64,000 nucleotides of DNA, from positions 384,422-448,421 of the forward strand of contig JAPLDF010000075.1 in NCBI GenBank assembly GCA_026391835.1, given 5' to 3'. The stretch is from Bacteroidota bacterium. GTDB lineage: Bacteria; Bacteroidota; Bacteroidia; Bacteroidales; FEN-979. This document shows, piece by piece, positions 8,572 through 16,566 of the stretch. Position 1 is the stretch's first letter, and the number at the start of each line of letters is the position of its first letter. Below the pieces are notes generated by a model, which worked only from the letters and a program-made list of their open reading frames with translations, ran no database searches and was not told where the DNA came from. The translations under genes were made by a program, and so were the position numbers.

Positions 8572-9477
8572 TTAATCCTTCGGCACCCTGGGCTTCACGA
8601 TCGTGAACATCCTGTTGATGTTGAAACCAAGGAAAATGTCGCCATTGGACCATTTTCCGCGGGTATCGGTTAAAATGGGCTGCTCATATTCGCCGTAAGA
8701 GTTCGTAAGGAAGATCTGGAAAACGTGCCCGCCTGTTTCGATATCCACGCCCAGTGAAAACGAGTTGTAGGCTTTGGTCGAGACGACCTGTCCCTTGAAG
8801 AGGTAGTTGTATTCTGCGTTGACTGACACCCGCTGGCTTATCTTGATCCGGCCGCCGGCACCAAGTGTGAAGATGTCATTCTTGTCCTTTGAATCGTGAA
8901 CCATGTTTTTATGCACATAGGAGGGGGTGATCTGCAGCGAAAGGCTGTTTCCGAATTTCCGGGCGGCCATCAGCTGAAGGGCATAGGTGACGCGGGAACT
9001 GAAATAATTCTTACGCGACGGATCAGTCCATTTTGTGGTATAGATGGCCGTATTGCCATAGATGTCAAGCGTCAGGGGCATGTTCTTTGCTCCTTTGCAT
9101 TGACGGAGCAGCTTCACTTTTGCTGAGCCATCCCATGTGTTCTGATCTGTATTGATCCCCACTCCAATTCCAAGCCACCTTGTCACGCCGTATTCAACCC
9201 CCAGCCTGATGCTGGCCTGCTTAAGCCCGTAAAGGTTTTCATACCCGGTATTCAGTGCCCCGAAATGGTGGGTAATTAAAAAGTTCAGGTTGCCGGCGGG
9301 GGCTGTTTCAATCGACTGCCCGATGACAATGTGCGTCGATTTAAATGTTGCCGTGGTGTAATCCACTGTTGGTTTTTCACCTTTTTCGATCATCGACAGG
9401 AGGTCATCCTGGCCCCTGGCTGTTGAAACGCACATTGCTCCGGCGAATGCGAGCAGGAATAAAATGTTATTCTTCAT
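8572..9477 (-). CDS. putative outer-membrane beta-barrel protein (DUF5777-like, assigned from memory of the family)
   Basis: Start trimmed to M37 of the ORF (MKNNILFLLAFAGAMCVSTARGQ, a signal peptide). Alternating beta-strand-like sequence ends in ...LGFNINRMFTI. Starts 1 nt after the YceI-like gene stop. Confidence 0.6.
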   Translation of the reverse strand: MKNNILFLLAFAGAMCVSTARGQDDLLSMIEKGEKPTVDYTTATFKSTHIVIGQSIETAPAGNLNFLITHHFGALNTGYENLYGLKQASIRLGVEYGVTRWLGIGVGINTDQNTWDGSAKVKLLRQCKGAKNMPLTLDIYGNTAIYTTKWTDPSRKNYFSSRVTYALQLMAARKFGNSLSLQITPSYVHKNMVHDSKDKNDIFTLGAGGRIKISQRVSVNAEYNYLFKGQVVSTKAYNSFSLGVDIETGGHVFQIFLTNSYGEYEQPILTDTRGKWSNGDIFLGFNINRMFTIVKPRVPKD

Positions 9478-9478
9478 G

Positions 9479-10033
9479 TTACATGTTTGCTTTGTCCAAT
9501 GTAATATCGACGGTAATTTCAATGGTCTTGGAAATATTGTTACCAACATTGCCGGGAATGGTGATTTTATAATCGGCAACAACAATGTTGAATTTTGCCT
9601 TCCCGATTATTTTTCCCTGCTTTACTTCAAAGGTACCTTTCTCAGTCAAATCCTTTGTCACACCATGCATGGTCATTTTACCTTCGACATTTGCGTCGTA
9701 CATGCCATCTTTTAAAAGGTTGACATCTTTAATATTGGTCACCTTGCCAACGAAAGTAGCTGCGGGGTATTTGTCGGATTCAACATAATTTTCATTGAAA
9801 TGCTCCTGCATCAGCGCCTTTTCGAATTCAAAGGATTTCATCAGCACTTTGAAGACAAAACCACCTGTAGAGAAATCGAGCACACTATTTACCTGGCGGT
9901 TGTGCGCTTCTATTTTCTCCAGCTGGCCGTCAGAATAAAATTTAATATGTCCGGTCTTGGTGATATACTTTTGAGCGCCTGCAGAAAAAGCAGTCATGAA
10001 GACCAGGAGGAAAATGATACAAGACTTAGACAT
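9479..10033 (-). CDS. YceI-family periplasmic polyisoprenoid-binding-like protein
   Basis: 184 aa with a signal peptide. YceI-like pattern: GHIKFYSDGQLEKIEAHN...FEFEKALMQEHFNENYVESDKYPAATFVGK...MHGVTK. Confidence 0.75.
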   Translation of the reverse strand: MSKSCIIFLLVFMTAFSAGAQKYITKTGHIKFYSDGQLEKIEAHNRQVNSVLDFSTGGFVFKVLMKSFEFEKALMQEHFNENYVESDKYPAATFVGKVTNIKDVNLLKDGMYDANVEGKMTMHGVTKDLTEKGTFEVKQGKIIGKAKFNIVVADYKITIPGNVGNNISKTIEITVDITLDKANM

Positions 10034-10048
10034 GAAACTATGATTTGA

Positions 10049-10486
10049 TTATTGGTTTATAATTGAACATTTCTCAAGCACTACATCGGTCTCATTGTAC
10101 CCGGTGCAATAGCCCTTTAATTTTACCTCTCCGTCAGGCTGAAGTTTGTCGGCCGCATCATTGAATTTCTTCAGCATCGTGCAGCGAAGCCCCTCATCCC
10201 CGAAATCGCCCTGGTTAAACACAAACACTGCTGTCACCAGTGAATCGGCTGTTTCCATCTTACTCAGTTTCCCGGTAAGGGCGATGATTTTGCCATTGTA
10301 TTTGGCAGAGGCTGCCTCCTTGTTTGTTTTGTACGCCTGGTATAGATCCTGGGCAGTGACGGTGAATGCCGGCTCCAGGTTTTCATAATCTGGGTGTTGC
10401 TTGTTGTAGACAAATTTGTACACCAGCAGCAGTGCGATGATTCCAACCACCACAAGCCCCAGTAATATTTTAATCCATGTTTTCAT
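10049..10486 (-). CDS. membrane-anchored OB-fold protein (tRNA_anti-like family)
   Basis: 145 aa with an N-terminal TM anchor. The pattern TAQDLYQAYKTNKEAASAKYNGKIIALTGKL...GEVKLKGYCTGY is typical of the Bacteroidota tRNA_anti-like OB-fold family. Confidence 0.6.
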   Translation of the reverse strand: MKTWIKILLGLVVVGIIALLLVYKFVYNKQHPDYENLEPAFTVTAQDLYQAYKTNKEAASAKYNGKIIALTGKLSKMETADSLVTAVFVFNQGDFGDEGLRCTMLKKFNDAADKLQPDGEVKLKGYCTGYNETDVVLEKCSIINQ

Positions 10487-10523
10487 TATGACAATGTTTT
10501 ATAAGTTAATTCAGCAGCTGTTG

Positions 10524-10904
10524 TTAATTGTTCGGTGCTCCTGCATCAATCCACTTTTTAATTTTTGTCCGGTCGCATACCGAAAGCGTATCCAGTGCTC
10601 CCTGGGGCATTCTTGTCTGCAATGCCCCTTCCCAATTCACCCCGTACCAGAGGTTCCCGCTGATCGCTTCTTTGCTCAGTCCTTCATAGGTACTGGTTAT
10701 AACATTCCCCGAAGGGTTGCCGGGGCTGTGGCAACGGTTGCATTGCAGGGCCATGATGGGCTTGACCGACAGTTCATACGTCACTATGGCAGTGTCACCG
10801 CATGCCGTGACAGGGTATAATTCATTTTCTTTATCATAATAACATCCCGAAAGTGACAAACTGAATAAAAGGATGATGGGAGTGAAGCGAATCAGGTTTT
10901 TCAT
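10524..10904 (-). CDS. lipoprotein with a single CxxCH haem-attachment-type motif
   Basis: Start trimmed to MKNLIRFTPIILLFSLSLSGC (lipobox). Contains LQCNRCHSPGNP. First gene of the 10904-8572 minus-strand operon. Confidence 0.6.
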   Translation of the reverse strand: MKNLIRFTPIILLFSLSLSGCYYDKENELYPVTACGDTAIVTYELSVKPIMALQCNRCHSPGNPSGNVITSTYEGLSKEAISGNLWYGVNWEGALQTRMPQGALDTLSVCDRTKIKKWIDAGAPNN

Positions 10905-11048
10905 ACTGCGTTTTATTTGGTTAGCCATCGGGTTTAACCAATGTTTTTAGCACTTCAAAGGTATGAATAATTAACGGTATGATTTTTTTAGTTAGATTTG
11001 TTTTGTTTGATCAGGTCTTATTTAAAATACTTATAAATAAATATCTGC

Positions 11049-12266
11049 ATGAATGCATTTGAAAACTACACGGGAAACATTTGGTTGAAAATCAACGCAG
11101 AACCGCTCGACATCATCAAGCAGGACCAGGCATACCGGATTTTCCAGGGAGCAAGTCCTTTGCTTACACTTCATGGCAATGAGTTTGTTCATGCTTCGGA
11201 GCGGATAGCCCAGCTGATCATTACCGACCTTATGTTCATGACAGGTAAAAAGGAACAACGAATTTCCGCCCCGTTCTTTTATGCATTTCAAAAAGATGTT
11301 GTTGAAGTAACCGGCGATCCGTTTCCCGGGGAATGGGAGGAATTGCTTGTTTCCGACGCATTTGTCACGATAAAAACAATGGGGAAATTCAATTTTCAAT
11401 CCTTCAGCCCAGAAGATGACCTCTTTTCCTTTGCATTCATTAGCCTGTCGGCGCTGATACGGGCGATCAATACATTCGTCAGCACAACCATGAGCGAGAT
11501 CACGGTCCTGGAAACAGATTCACACCCCTTTCCTGAACTGCTCAGGTTGGGCTATTCCCGGCTTTCTGATGAAAAAAAAGTCATCGTGCAGGCATTGAGT
11601 GGCTTGCATCATTCGGGCATCGTATTGCCGTTATTGCTCATCTCGGGCATTATCAGCCCTATTGAATATGCCAAAGGCTTGATTGCACTGAGAATTCAGA
11701 AGGATCACCAGATGCAGGATATGCTGCTCGACATTGCCCATGCCCGCGATTACCTGGAATGCCTGGAGCAGCGGATTGATGCAGGCCGGCAGGTTGCCTC
11801 GATCATCAGGGAAGGGGAAAATGAAACCATCGAATTCAAATCAACGCTGCGGTGGGATATCCGGGCGGGCAAAACAAACCAGGCTGTTGAGCGGGCATGC
11901 CTTAAAACAATCACCGCCTTTCTGAATTCGGCCGGGGGGTACCTGCTGATCGGCATCAGGGATGACGGCTCTGTTGAAGGGATTGAAAGTGATAAATTTG
12001 TGAACGAGGATAAATTCCTTCTGCATTTGTGGACGCTGATACGTACCTGCCTTGGCAGGGATGTCAGCCCGTATATCATTACAACGCTTGAAAAGATGGA
12101 TGAAAAAACCATCTGCATGGTTGAATGCCGGCAAAGCAGCAGGCCGGTATTTCTCAGGCAACCCGGGTTTGACGAGGCTTTCTATATCAGGGTAGGCCCC
12201 TCGAGCAACGCCATGGATATCAGCGAAGCGTTAAAATATATTGCGGATCATTTCAGCAGCCAGTGA
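11049..12266 (+). CDS. protein with an unknown 240-aa N-terminal region and a C-terminal AlbA_2 (Schlafen-like) domain
   Basis: 405 aa. The C-terminal half contains ENETIEFKSTLRWD...LKTITAFLNSAGGYLLIGIRDDGSVEGIE, the AlbA_2 core pattern (E-x-K ... AFxNxxGGxLxxGVxDxG). Confidence 0.65.
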   Translation: MNAFENYTGNIWLKINAEPLDIIKQDQAYRIFQGASPLLTLHGNEFVHASERIAQLIITDLMFMTGKKEQRISAPFFYAFQKDVVEVTGDPFPGEWEELLVSDAFVTIKTMGKFNFQSFSPEDDLFSFAFISLSALIRAINTFVSTTMSEITVLETDSHPFPELLRLGYSRLSDEKKVIVQALSGLHHSGIVLPLLLISGIISPIEYAKGLIALRIQKDHQMQDMLLDIAHARDYLECLEQRIDAGRQVASIIREGENETIEFKSTLRWDIRAGKTNQAVERACLKTITAFLNSAGGYLLIGIRDDGSVEGIESDKFVNEDKFLLHLWTLIRTCLGRDVSPYIITTLEKMDEKTICMVECRQSSRPVFLRQPGFDEAFYIRVGPSSNAMDISEALKYIADHFSSQ

Positions 12267-12270
12267 AATC

Positions 12271-12906
12271 CTACCACCGTGGCATCCCAAAACCTGAAGG
12301 CATGGCATAGGAATCGTTCAGGTAGGAATTCCGGTTAAACGGATCATTGTACCCGGGATTCAAGCCGTCGGAATATCGGAAGCCTGCCTCTATATAGATG
12401 TGTTCGCCGACTTTGTAGCCAACATTCAGGTTAATTCCCTGCGACCCTCTTGCCGAAACCGGGTTGAAAGGATTGTAAGGCAACGGATCCCGGCTGACGG
12501 GCAATTGTTTATAGGCCGAACCGGAAATGGTAAGCCGGTTATTCACGATGTACTGACCATCGATAAAGATCATGGCAGTTGAAAAATTGCCACTGGCTGT
12601 TGCACCCTGTTCATGTTGAAAATAGGACCGCGTCTTGAAATAATTGGTCTGCATGATGCTTATTCCGCCCCCGATCCGCAACCGCCTGTTCAGGTTATAG
12701 GAAACATGCGGTGTTACATAGGTGTTTAACCCCGAACCATATCCCGAAACAGAGGTAAATTCGGAACCCATGGTGAGGTTGTAATCAAATTTCTTTGGCT
12801 GAAAGAACCGTTCCCCGTTGCTGAACAGGGAATCGTTCCGCATGACCTGGCAGAATATGGAGGTCCCGAGGAAAAAAAGGATGGCCGATAAGGTTACTCG
12901 TCTCAT
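12271..12906 (-). CDS. hypothetical outer-membrane beta-barrel-like protein
   Basis: 211 aa with a signal peptide (MRRVTLSAILFFLGTSIFCQ). Glycine/aromatic-rich alternating sequence; no specific family recognised. Confidence 0.5.
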   Translation of the reverse strand: MRRVTLSAILFFLGTSIFCQVMRNDSLFSNGERFFQPKKFDYNLTMGSEFTSVSGYGSGLNTYVTPHVSYNLNRRLRIGGGISIMQTNYFKTRSYFQHEQGATASGNFSTAMIFIDGQYIVNNRLTISGSAYKQLPVSRDPLPYNPFNPVSARGSQGINLNVGYKVGEHIYIEAGFRYSDGLNPGYNDPFNRNSYLNDSYAMPSGFGMPRW

Positions 12907-12935
12907 TTATTGGCAACAAAGTTAACCAATCTCTG

Positions 12936-13574
12936 TCAGGTACGGGGCAGTGCCAGGGTGAAAAATGTTAAATTTTCGGTAAAATTAATCTTCAGCATTT
13001 TCAGAAGCATGAACCGTACAAGGATATTTTCAGCTTTATTGCGTGAAATCCCTGCAAGCCTCATGAACTTTGACAATGTTATCGAGTCGTTGGTCTCAAG
13101 GAACTCCAGCAGGAATTTTTCCGCATCGGTAAACTTCACATAAACACCTTTCGGGGCGTTGGCGAGTTTCCATACCCGCAGCAGGATCCGGTTTACCACG
13201 AAATTCTGATCCCCCACCCGGTGATAAGCCACCCAGTTGCCCTCCTTTTGCCGGGCGAAGTGCGGGCGGCCGGCACTTTTCAGGATGATGATCTCAAGGA
13301 TGTTCTTTTTGTTCAGGTTCCACTCTTTGACGCTGAAGTCGACTGGTGGTTTGCAATACATTTTAGCCGCGGCTTCAACCATATAATACTCCTCCTCCGA
13401 CCGCACCCCGGCAAGTACACCATTATCTTTCACACCAACCAGCAAACGTCCGCCATCGGTGTTTGCAAACGCGACCAGTGTACGGGCAATCTTGTGGGCA
13501 TCAGCAATTTCAAATTTAAAATCAAGTTGCTGATGTTCTCCCTCGGCAATCAGTTTTGTAATATGGTGCACCAT
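12936..13574 (-). CDS. AlbA_2 (Schlafen-like) domain protein with C-terminal winged-helix-like region
   Basis: 212 aa with EGEHQQLDFKFE...ARTLVAFANTDGGRLLVGVKDNGVLAGV. The ATG (13572-13574) overlaps the pyrI stop (13574-13576) by 1 nt. Confidence 0.7.
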   Translation of the reverse strand: MVHHITKLIAEGEHQQLDFKFEIADAHKIARTLVAFANTDGGRLLVGVKDNGVLAGVRSEEEYYMVEAAAKMYCKPPVDFSVKEWNLNKKNILEIIILKSAGRPHFARQKEGNWVAYHRVGDQNFVVNRILLRVWKLANAPKGVYVKFTDAEKFLLEFLETNDSITLSKFMRLAGISRNKAENILVRFMLLKMLKINFTENLTFFTLALPRT

Positions 13575-14041
13575 TATCTGAATGCAATATTTTTCCGGGC
13601 AGTGATTTTTTCACAGTAATGGCAGCGGAGTTTCAGGTCCTTCTTGTCGATCACCGTGAACAGGGTGCTGATCTCTTCATTGTTCGTAATACAGTTCGGG
13701 TTGAAACACTTTACAATGTTCTCGGCATAATCGGGAACTTCGACTTTTTTCTTTTCAACAACCTTGAAGTTCTGAATGATGATGAGGGTGGCAGTTGGAG
13801 CAAACAGTGCTATTTTATTGATTTCATCGCTTTTGAAAAACATGTTGCTCACCTTGATGATCCCCTTTTTTCCCATTTTCTGGCTGTCGAGGTTGGTGGC
13901 AATCAGCAGCTGGTCCTGGTATTCGGTCAGGTTCAATATTTTAATAACCTGGAATACACTTGCCGATGGAATATGGTCGATGACCGTGCCGTTTTCAATG
14001 GCCGATACCTGGAGCTCTTTTCTGAGAATTTCTTTTTCCAT
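13574..14041 (-). CDS. pyrI: aspartate carbamoyltransferase regulatory subunit
   Basis: Start trimmed to M46 of the ORF (MEKEILRKELQVSAIENGTVIDHIP...). C-terminal zinc-site cysteines are present (CFNPNCIT...RCHYCE). Lies 19 nt downstream of pyrB. Confidence 0.88.
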   Translation of the reverse strand: MEKEILRKELQVSAIENGTVIDHIPSASVFQVIKILNLTEYQDQLLIATNLDSQKMGKKGIIKVSNMFFKSDEINKIALFAPTATLIIIQNFKVVEKKKVEVPDYAENIVKCFNPNCITNNEEISTLFTVIDKKDLKLRCHYCEKITARKNIAFR

Positions 14042-14060
14042 GATTTTGATTTGTTTTCTG

Positions 14061-14972
14061 TTATTCGACAACACCAAGAATTGAGGCAAGCAAAGCCTGA
14101 CGAACGAACACCCCGTTGAGGGCCTGGGTAAAATAATAGGCCTTCGGATTGTTATCGACATCGGTGGTGATCTCATTCACCCGTGGCAGCGGGTGTAAAA
14201 TCTTCAGGTTTGGTTTGGCCGTGTCGAGCATGCTGTTGCGGAGGACATAGGCATTCTTAACCTTTTCATAATCGAGCGGATCGGAAAACCGTTCTTTCTG
14301 GATTCTCGTCATATACAGTATATCGACCTTCGAAATTACCTCCTGCAGGTCGGTGGACTGTGTATACTCGAGGTTGCGCTCCTTGATCGACATTTTAACG
14401 GCGCTCGGAAGTTTCAGCTCCAGGGGCGAAACAAGGTGGAAGGTCGTGTTGTAATTGCACAGTGCCTGTACAAGTGAATGAACGGTTCTACCGTATTTGA
14501 GGTCGCCTACAAAGGCAACATTCAGGTTATCCAGCGAACCCTGGGTTTTGCGGATGGAATAAAGGTCAAGCAGTGTTTGCGTGGGGTGCTGGTTTGCGCC
14601 GTCGCCGGCATTGATAACCGGAACTGTGGCAACCTCGCTGGCAAAACGGGCGCTTCCCTCCCTGGGATGGCGCATGACGATGATGTCGCAGTAATTGCTG
14701 ACCGTGAGGATGGTATCCCGAAGCGATTCTCCTTTTGTCACGCTGGAACTGGATGAATCGGTAAAACCGATCACGCGGGCTCCAAGGCGGGTGGCTGCAC
14801 TTTCAAAACTAAGGCGTGTACGGGTGGATGGTTCAAAAAAAAGGGTGGCCACCACGTAATCTTCCAGGATGCGTTGTTTGGGGCGCTTCTCAAAGGCACC
14901 GGCAAGTTCGAGGATACGGATGTGCTCTTCGCGGGTGAAATCGTTGATTGAAACCAGGCTTTTGTTTTTCAT
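14061..14972 (-). CDS. pyrB: aspartate carbamoyltransferase catalytic subunit
   Basis: 303 aa with the carbamoyl-phosphate site FFEPSTRTRLSFE and the HPTQ and HPLPR motifs. Confidence 0.92.
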   Translation of the reverse strand: MKNKSLVSINDFTREEHIRILELAGAFEKRPKQRILEDYVVATLFFEPSTRTRLSFESAATRLGARVIGFTDSSSSSVTKGESLRDTILTVSNYCDIIVMRHPREGSARFASEVATVPVINAGDGANQHPTQTLLDLYSIRKTQGSLDNLNVAFVGDLKYGRTVHSLVQALCNYNTTFHLVSPLELKLPSAVKMSIKERNLEYTQSTDLQEVISKVDILYMTRIQKERFSDPLDYEKVKNAYVLRNSMLDTAKPNLKILHPLPRVNEITTDVDNNPKAYYFTQALNGVFVRQALLASILGVVE

Positions 14973-15011
14973 TATCAGGGAATTAAGCGTTGATTACCTA
15001 TTAAACAAAAA

Positions 15012-15044
15012 TAAAAAAAAATCCCGGTGAAAACCGGGATTTTT
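15012..15044 (-). terminator. rho-independent terminator
   Basis: Perfect 8-bp stem atcccggt/accgggat with a gaaa loop at 15021-15040. On the minus strand it is followed by a T9 run. It lies 5 nt after the stop of the 15049-16386 gene. Confidence 0.8.
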
Positions 15045-15048
15045 AAAA

Positions 15049-16386
15049 CTATTTAATTTTATGTTTTTTCAGAAAACCATTCAGGATATCTGTCAGGTCA
15101 GGTTTCCCGATTTCCTGGAGATCATAGTAAACCCGTGTGTTTGGCTTCTTGATCTTCACGAGGCGGTTGAGGTCGATCGGGGTGGCAATGATCACGGAAT
15201 CGCATACGACCTTGTTGATGGTGGCTTCGAGATCTTTCACCTGCTGCTCACCGTAACCCATGGCGGGCAATAACTGGCCGATATTCGGGTAGATCCGGAA
15301 TGTTTCAGCCAATTTGCCAACCACGAACGGACGGGGATCAACCATTTCGGCTGCGCCATATTTCTGGGCAGCAACAGTACCGGCGCCGATCTTCATCTCA
15401 CCATGGGTAAGGGTAGGTCCATCCTCGATGACAAGCACCCTTTTACCGCGGATGATCGATTCGTCATCAACGCGAATGGGAGAGGCTCCGTCAACGACAA
15501 TCGCCTTGGGATTGATCTTCTGGATGTTGTTGCGAACGGCTGTAATGTTCTCGGGATAGGCTGTGTCAATTTTATTGAGAACCACAACGTCAGCAATACG
15601 GATATTGACTTCGCCGGGATAATAATTCATCTCTGCGCCCGGACGATGCGGGTCGGCAACGGTGACCATCAGGTCGGGTTTGTAGAAAGGGAAGTCATTG
15701 TTTCCGCCATCCCAGAGGATGATGTCGCAGCCATCGGGATCCTGTTCGGCAGCGCGCAGAATGGCTTCATAATCCACCCCTGCATAAATGACATTTCCAC
15801 GGTCGACATGCGGTTCATACTCTTCCATCTCTTCAATGGTGCATTTGTGCTTGGCCAGGTCTTTGACCGTGGCAAAACGCTGAACCTTCTGGGCAACCAG
15901 GTCACCATAAGGCATCGGGTGACGAACAGCAACGACCTTAAGGCCTTTTGCCATCAGTATCTCGATGATCCTGCGTGAAGTCTGGCTTTTACCGCAACCT
16001 GTACGTGTTGCGCCAACGGCGATCACCGGTTTTGAACTTTTGATCATGGTATCCTTAGGACCGAGCAGCAGAAAGTTTGAACCTGCTGCATTCACAATGG
16101 AACTGATGCTCATAACCCTCGGGTAAGGAACATCGCTGTAAGCGAAGTTGCATATTTCAACATTGTGTTTCTTGATCAGGGGAACCAGCTCTGATTCGGC
16201 ATAGATGGGAATGCCTTTGGGATACAGTTTTCCAGCCAGTGCGGCAGGATATTTTCGACCATCTATGTCCGGAATTTGCGCAGCTGTGAAAGCTACCACG
16301 TTAAAATTCGCGTTATCGCGATAATACGTGTTGAAATTGTGAAAATCTCTTCCGGCAGCACCAATAATGATTACATTTTTTTTCAT
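15049..16386 (-). CDS. COG2403-type P-loop protein (cyclic 2,3-diphosphoglycerate synthetase-like / predicted GTPase)
   Basis: 445 aa. The N-terminus IIGAAGRDFHNFNTYYRDN and the P-loop GATRTGCGKSQTS match this conserved family as recalled. Function in bacteria is not established. Confidence 0.65.
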   Translation of the reverse strand: MKKNVIIIGAAGRDFHNFNTYYRDNANFNVVAFTAAQIPDIDGRKYPAALAGKLYPKGIPIYAESELVPLIKKHNVEICNFAYSDVPYPRVMSISSIVNAAGSNFLLLGPKDTMIKSSKPVIAVGATRTGCGKSQTSRRIIEILMAKGLKVVAVRHPMPYGDLVAQKVQRFATVKDLAKHKCTIEEMEEYEPHVDRGNVIYAGVDYEAILRAAEQDPDGCDIILWDGGNNDFPFYKPDLMVTVADPHRPGAEMNYYPGEVNIRIADVVVLNKIDTAYPENITAVRNNIQKINPKAIVVDGASPIRVDDESIIRGKRVLVIEDGPTLTHGEMKIGAGTVAAQKYGAAEMVDPRPFVVGKLAETFRIYPNIGQLLPAMGYGEQQVKDLEATINKVVCDSVIIATPIDLNRLVKIKKPNTRVYYDLQEIGKPDLTDILNGFLKKHKIK

Positions 16387-16540
16387 GCTAACCTCGCTTT
16401 TTTGTGATTTTTAAATATAGTTTTGATATTAAAATTTCATGGGAGATTGTCTACAAATCTAGACATTTTTTACGAACCTGCAAAAACGTTGCTGAAATTT
16501 TCTCCTGAAAAGAAATTATCCGATTTTTCTGAAATCAGCC

Positions 16541-16548
16541 TAAATTTG
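16541..16548 (+). promoter_or_regulatory. Bacteroidota -7 promoter box (TAAATTTG)
   Basis: Matches the TAnnTTTG consensus; lies 18 nt upstream of the argS ATG. Confidence 0.5.
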
Positions 16549-16566
16549 CATTGAAATATTTGAGAC

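Noticed and set aside
13619-14119. 166-aa plus-strand ORF; similar long antisense ORFs at 15403-15978, 26144-26734, 48531-49187 and 53744-54292
   Set aside because: Each is antisense to a gene with strong family signatures (pyrI, COG2403 P-loop, thrS, PaaK-like ligase, radical SAM). None has a motif of its own.
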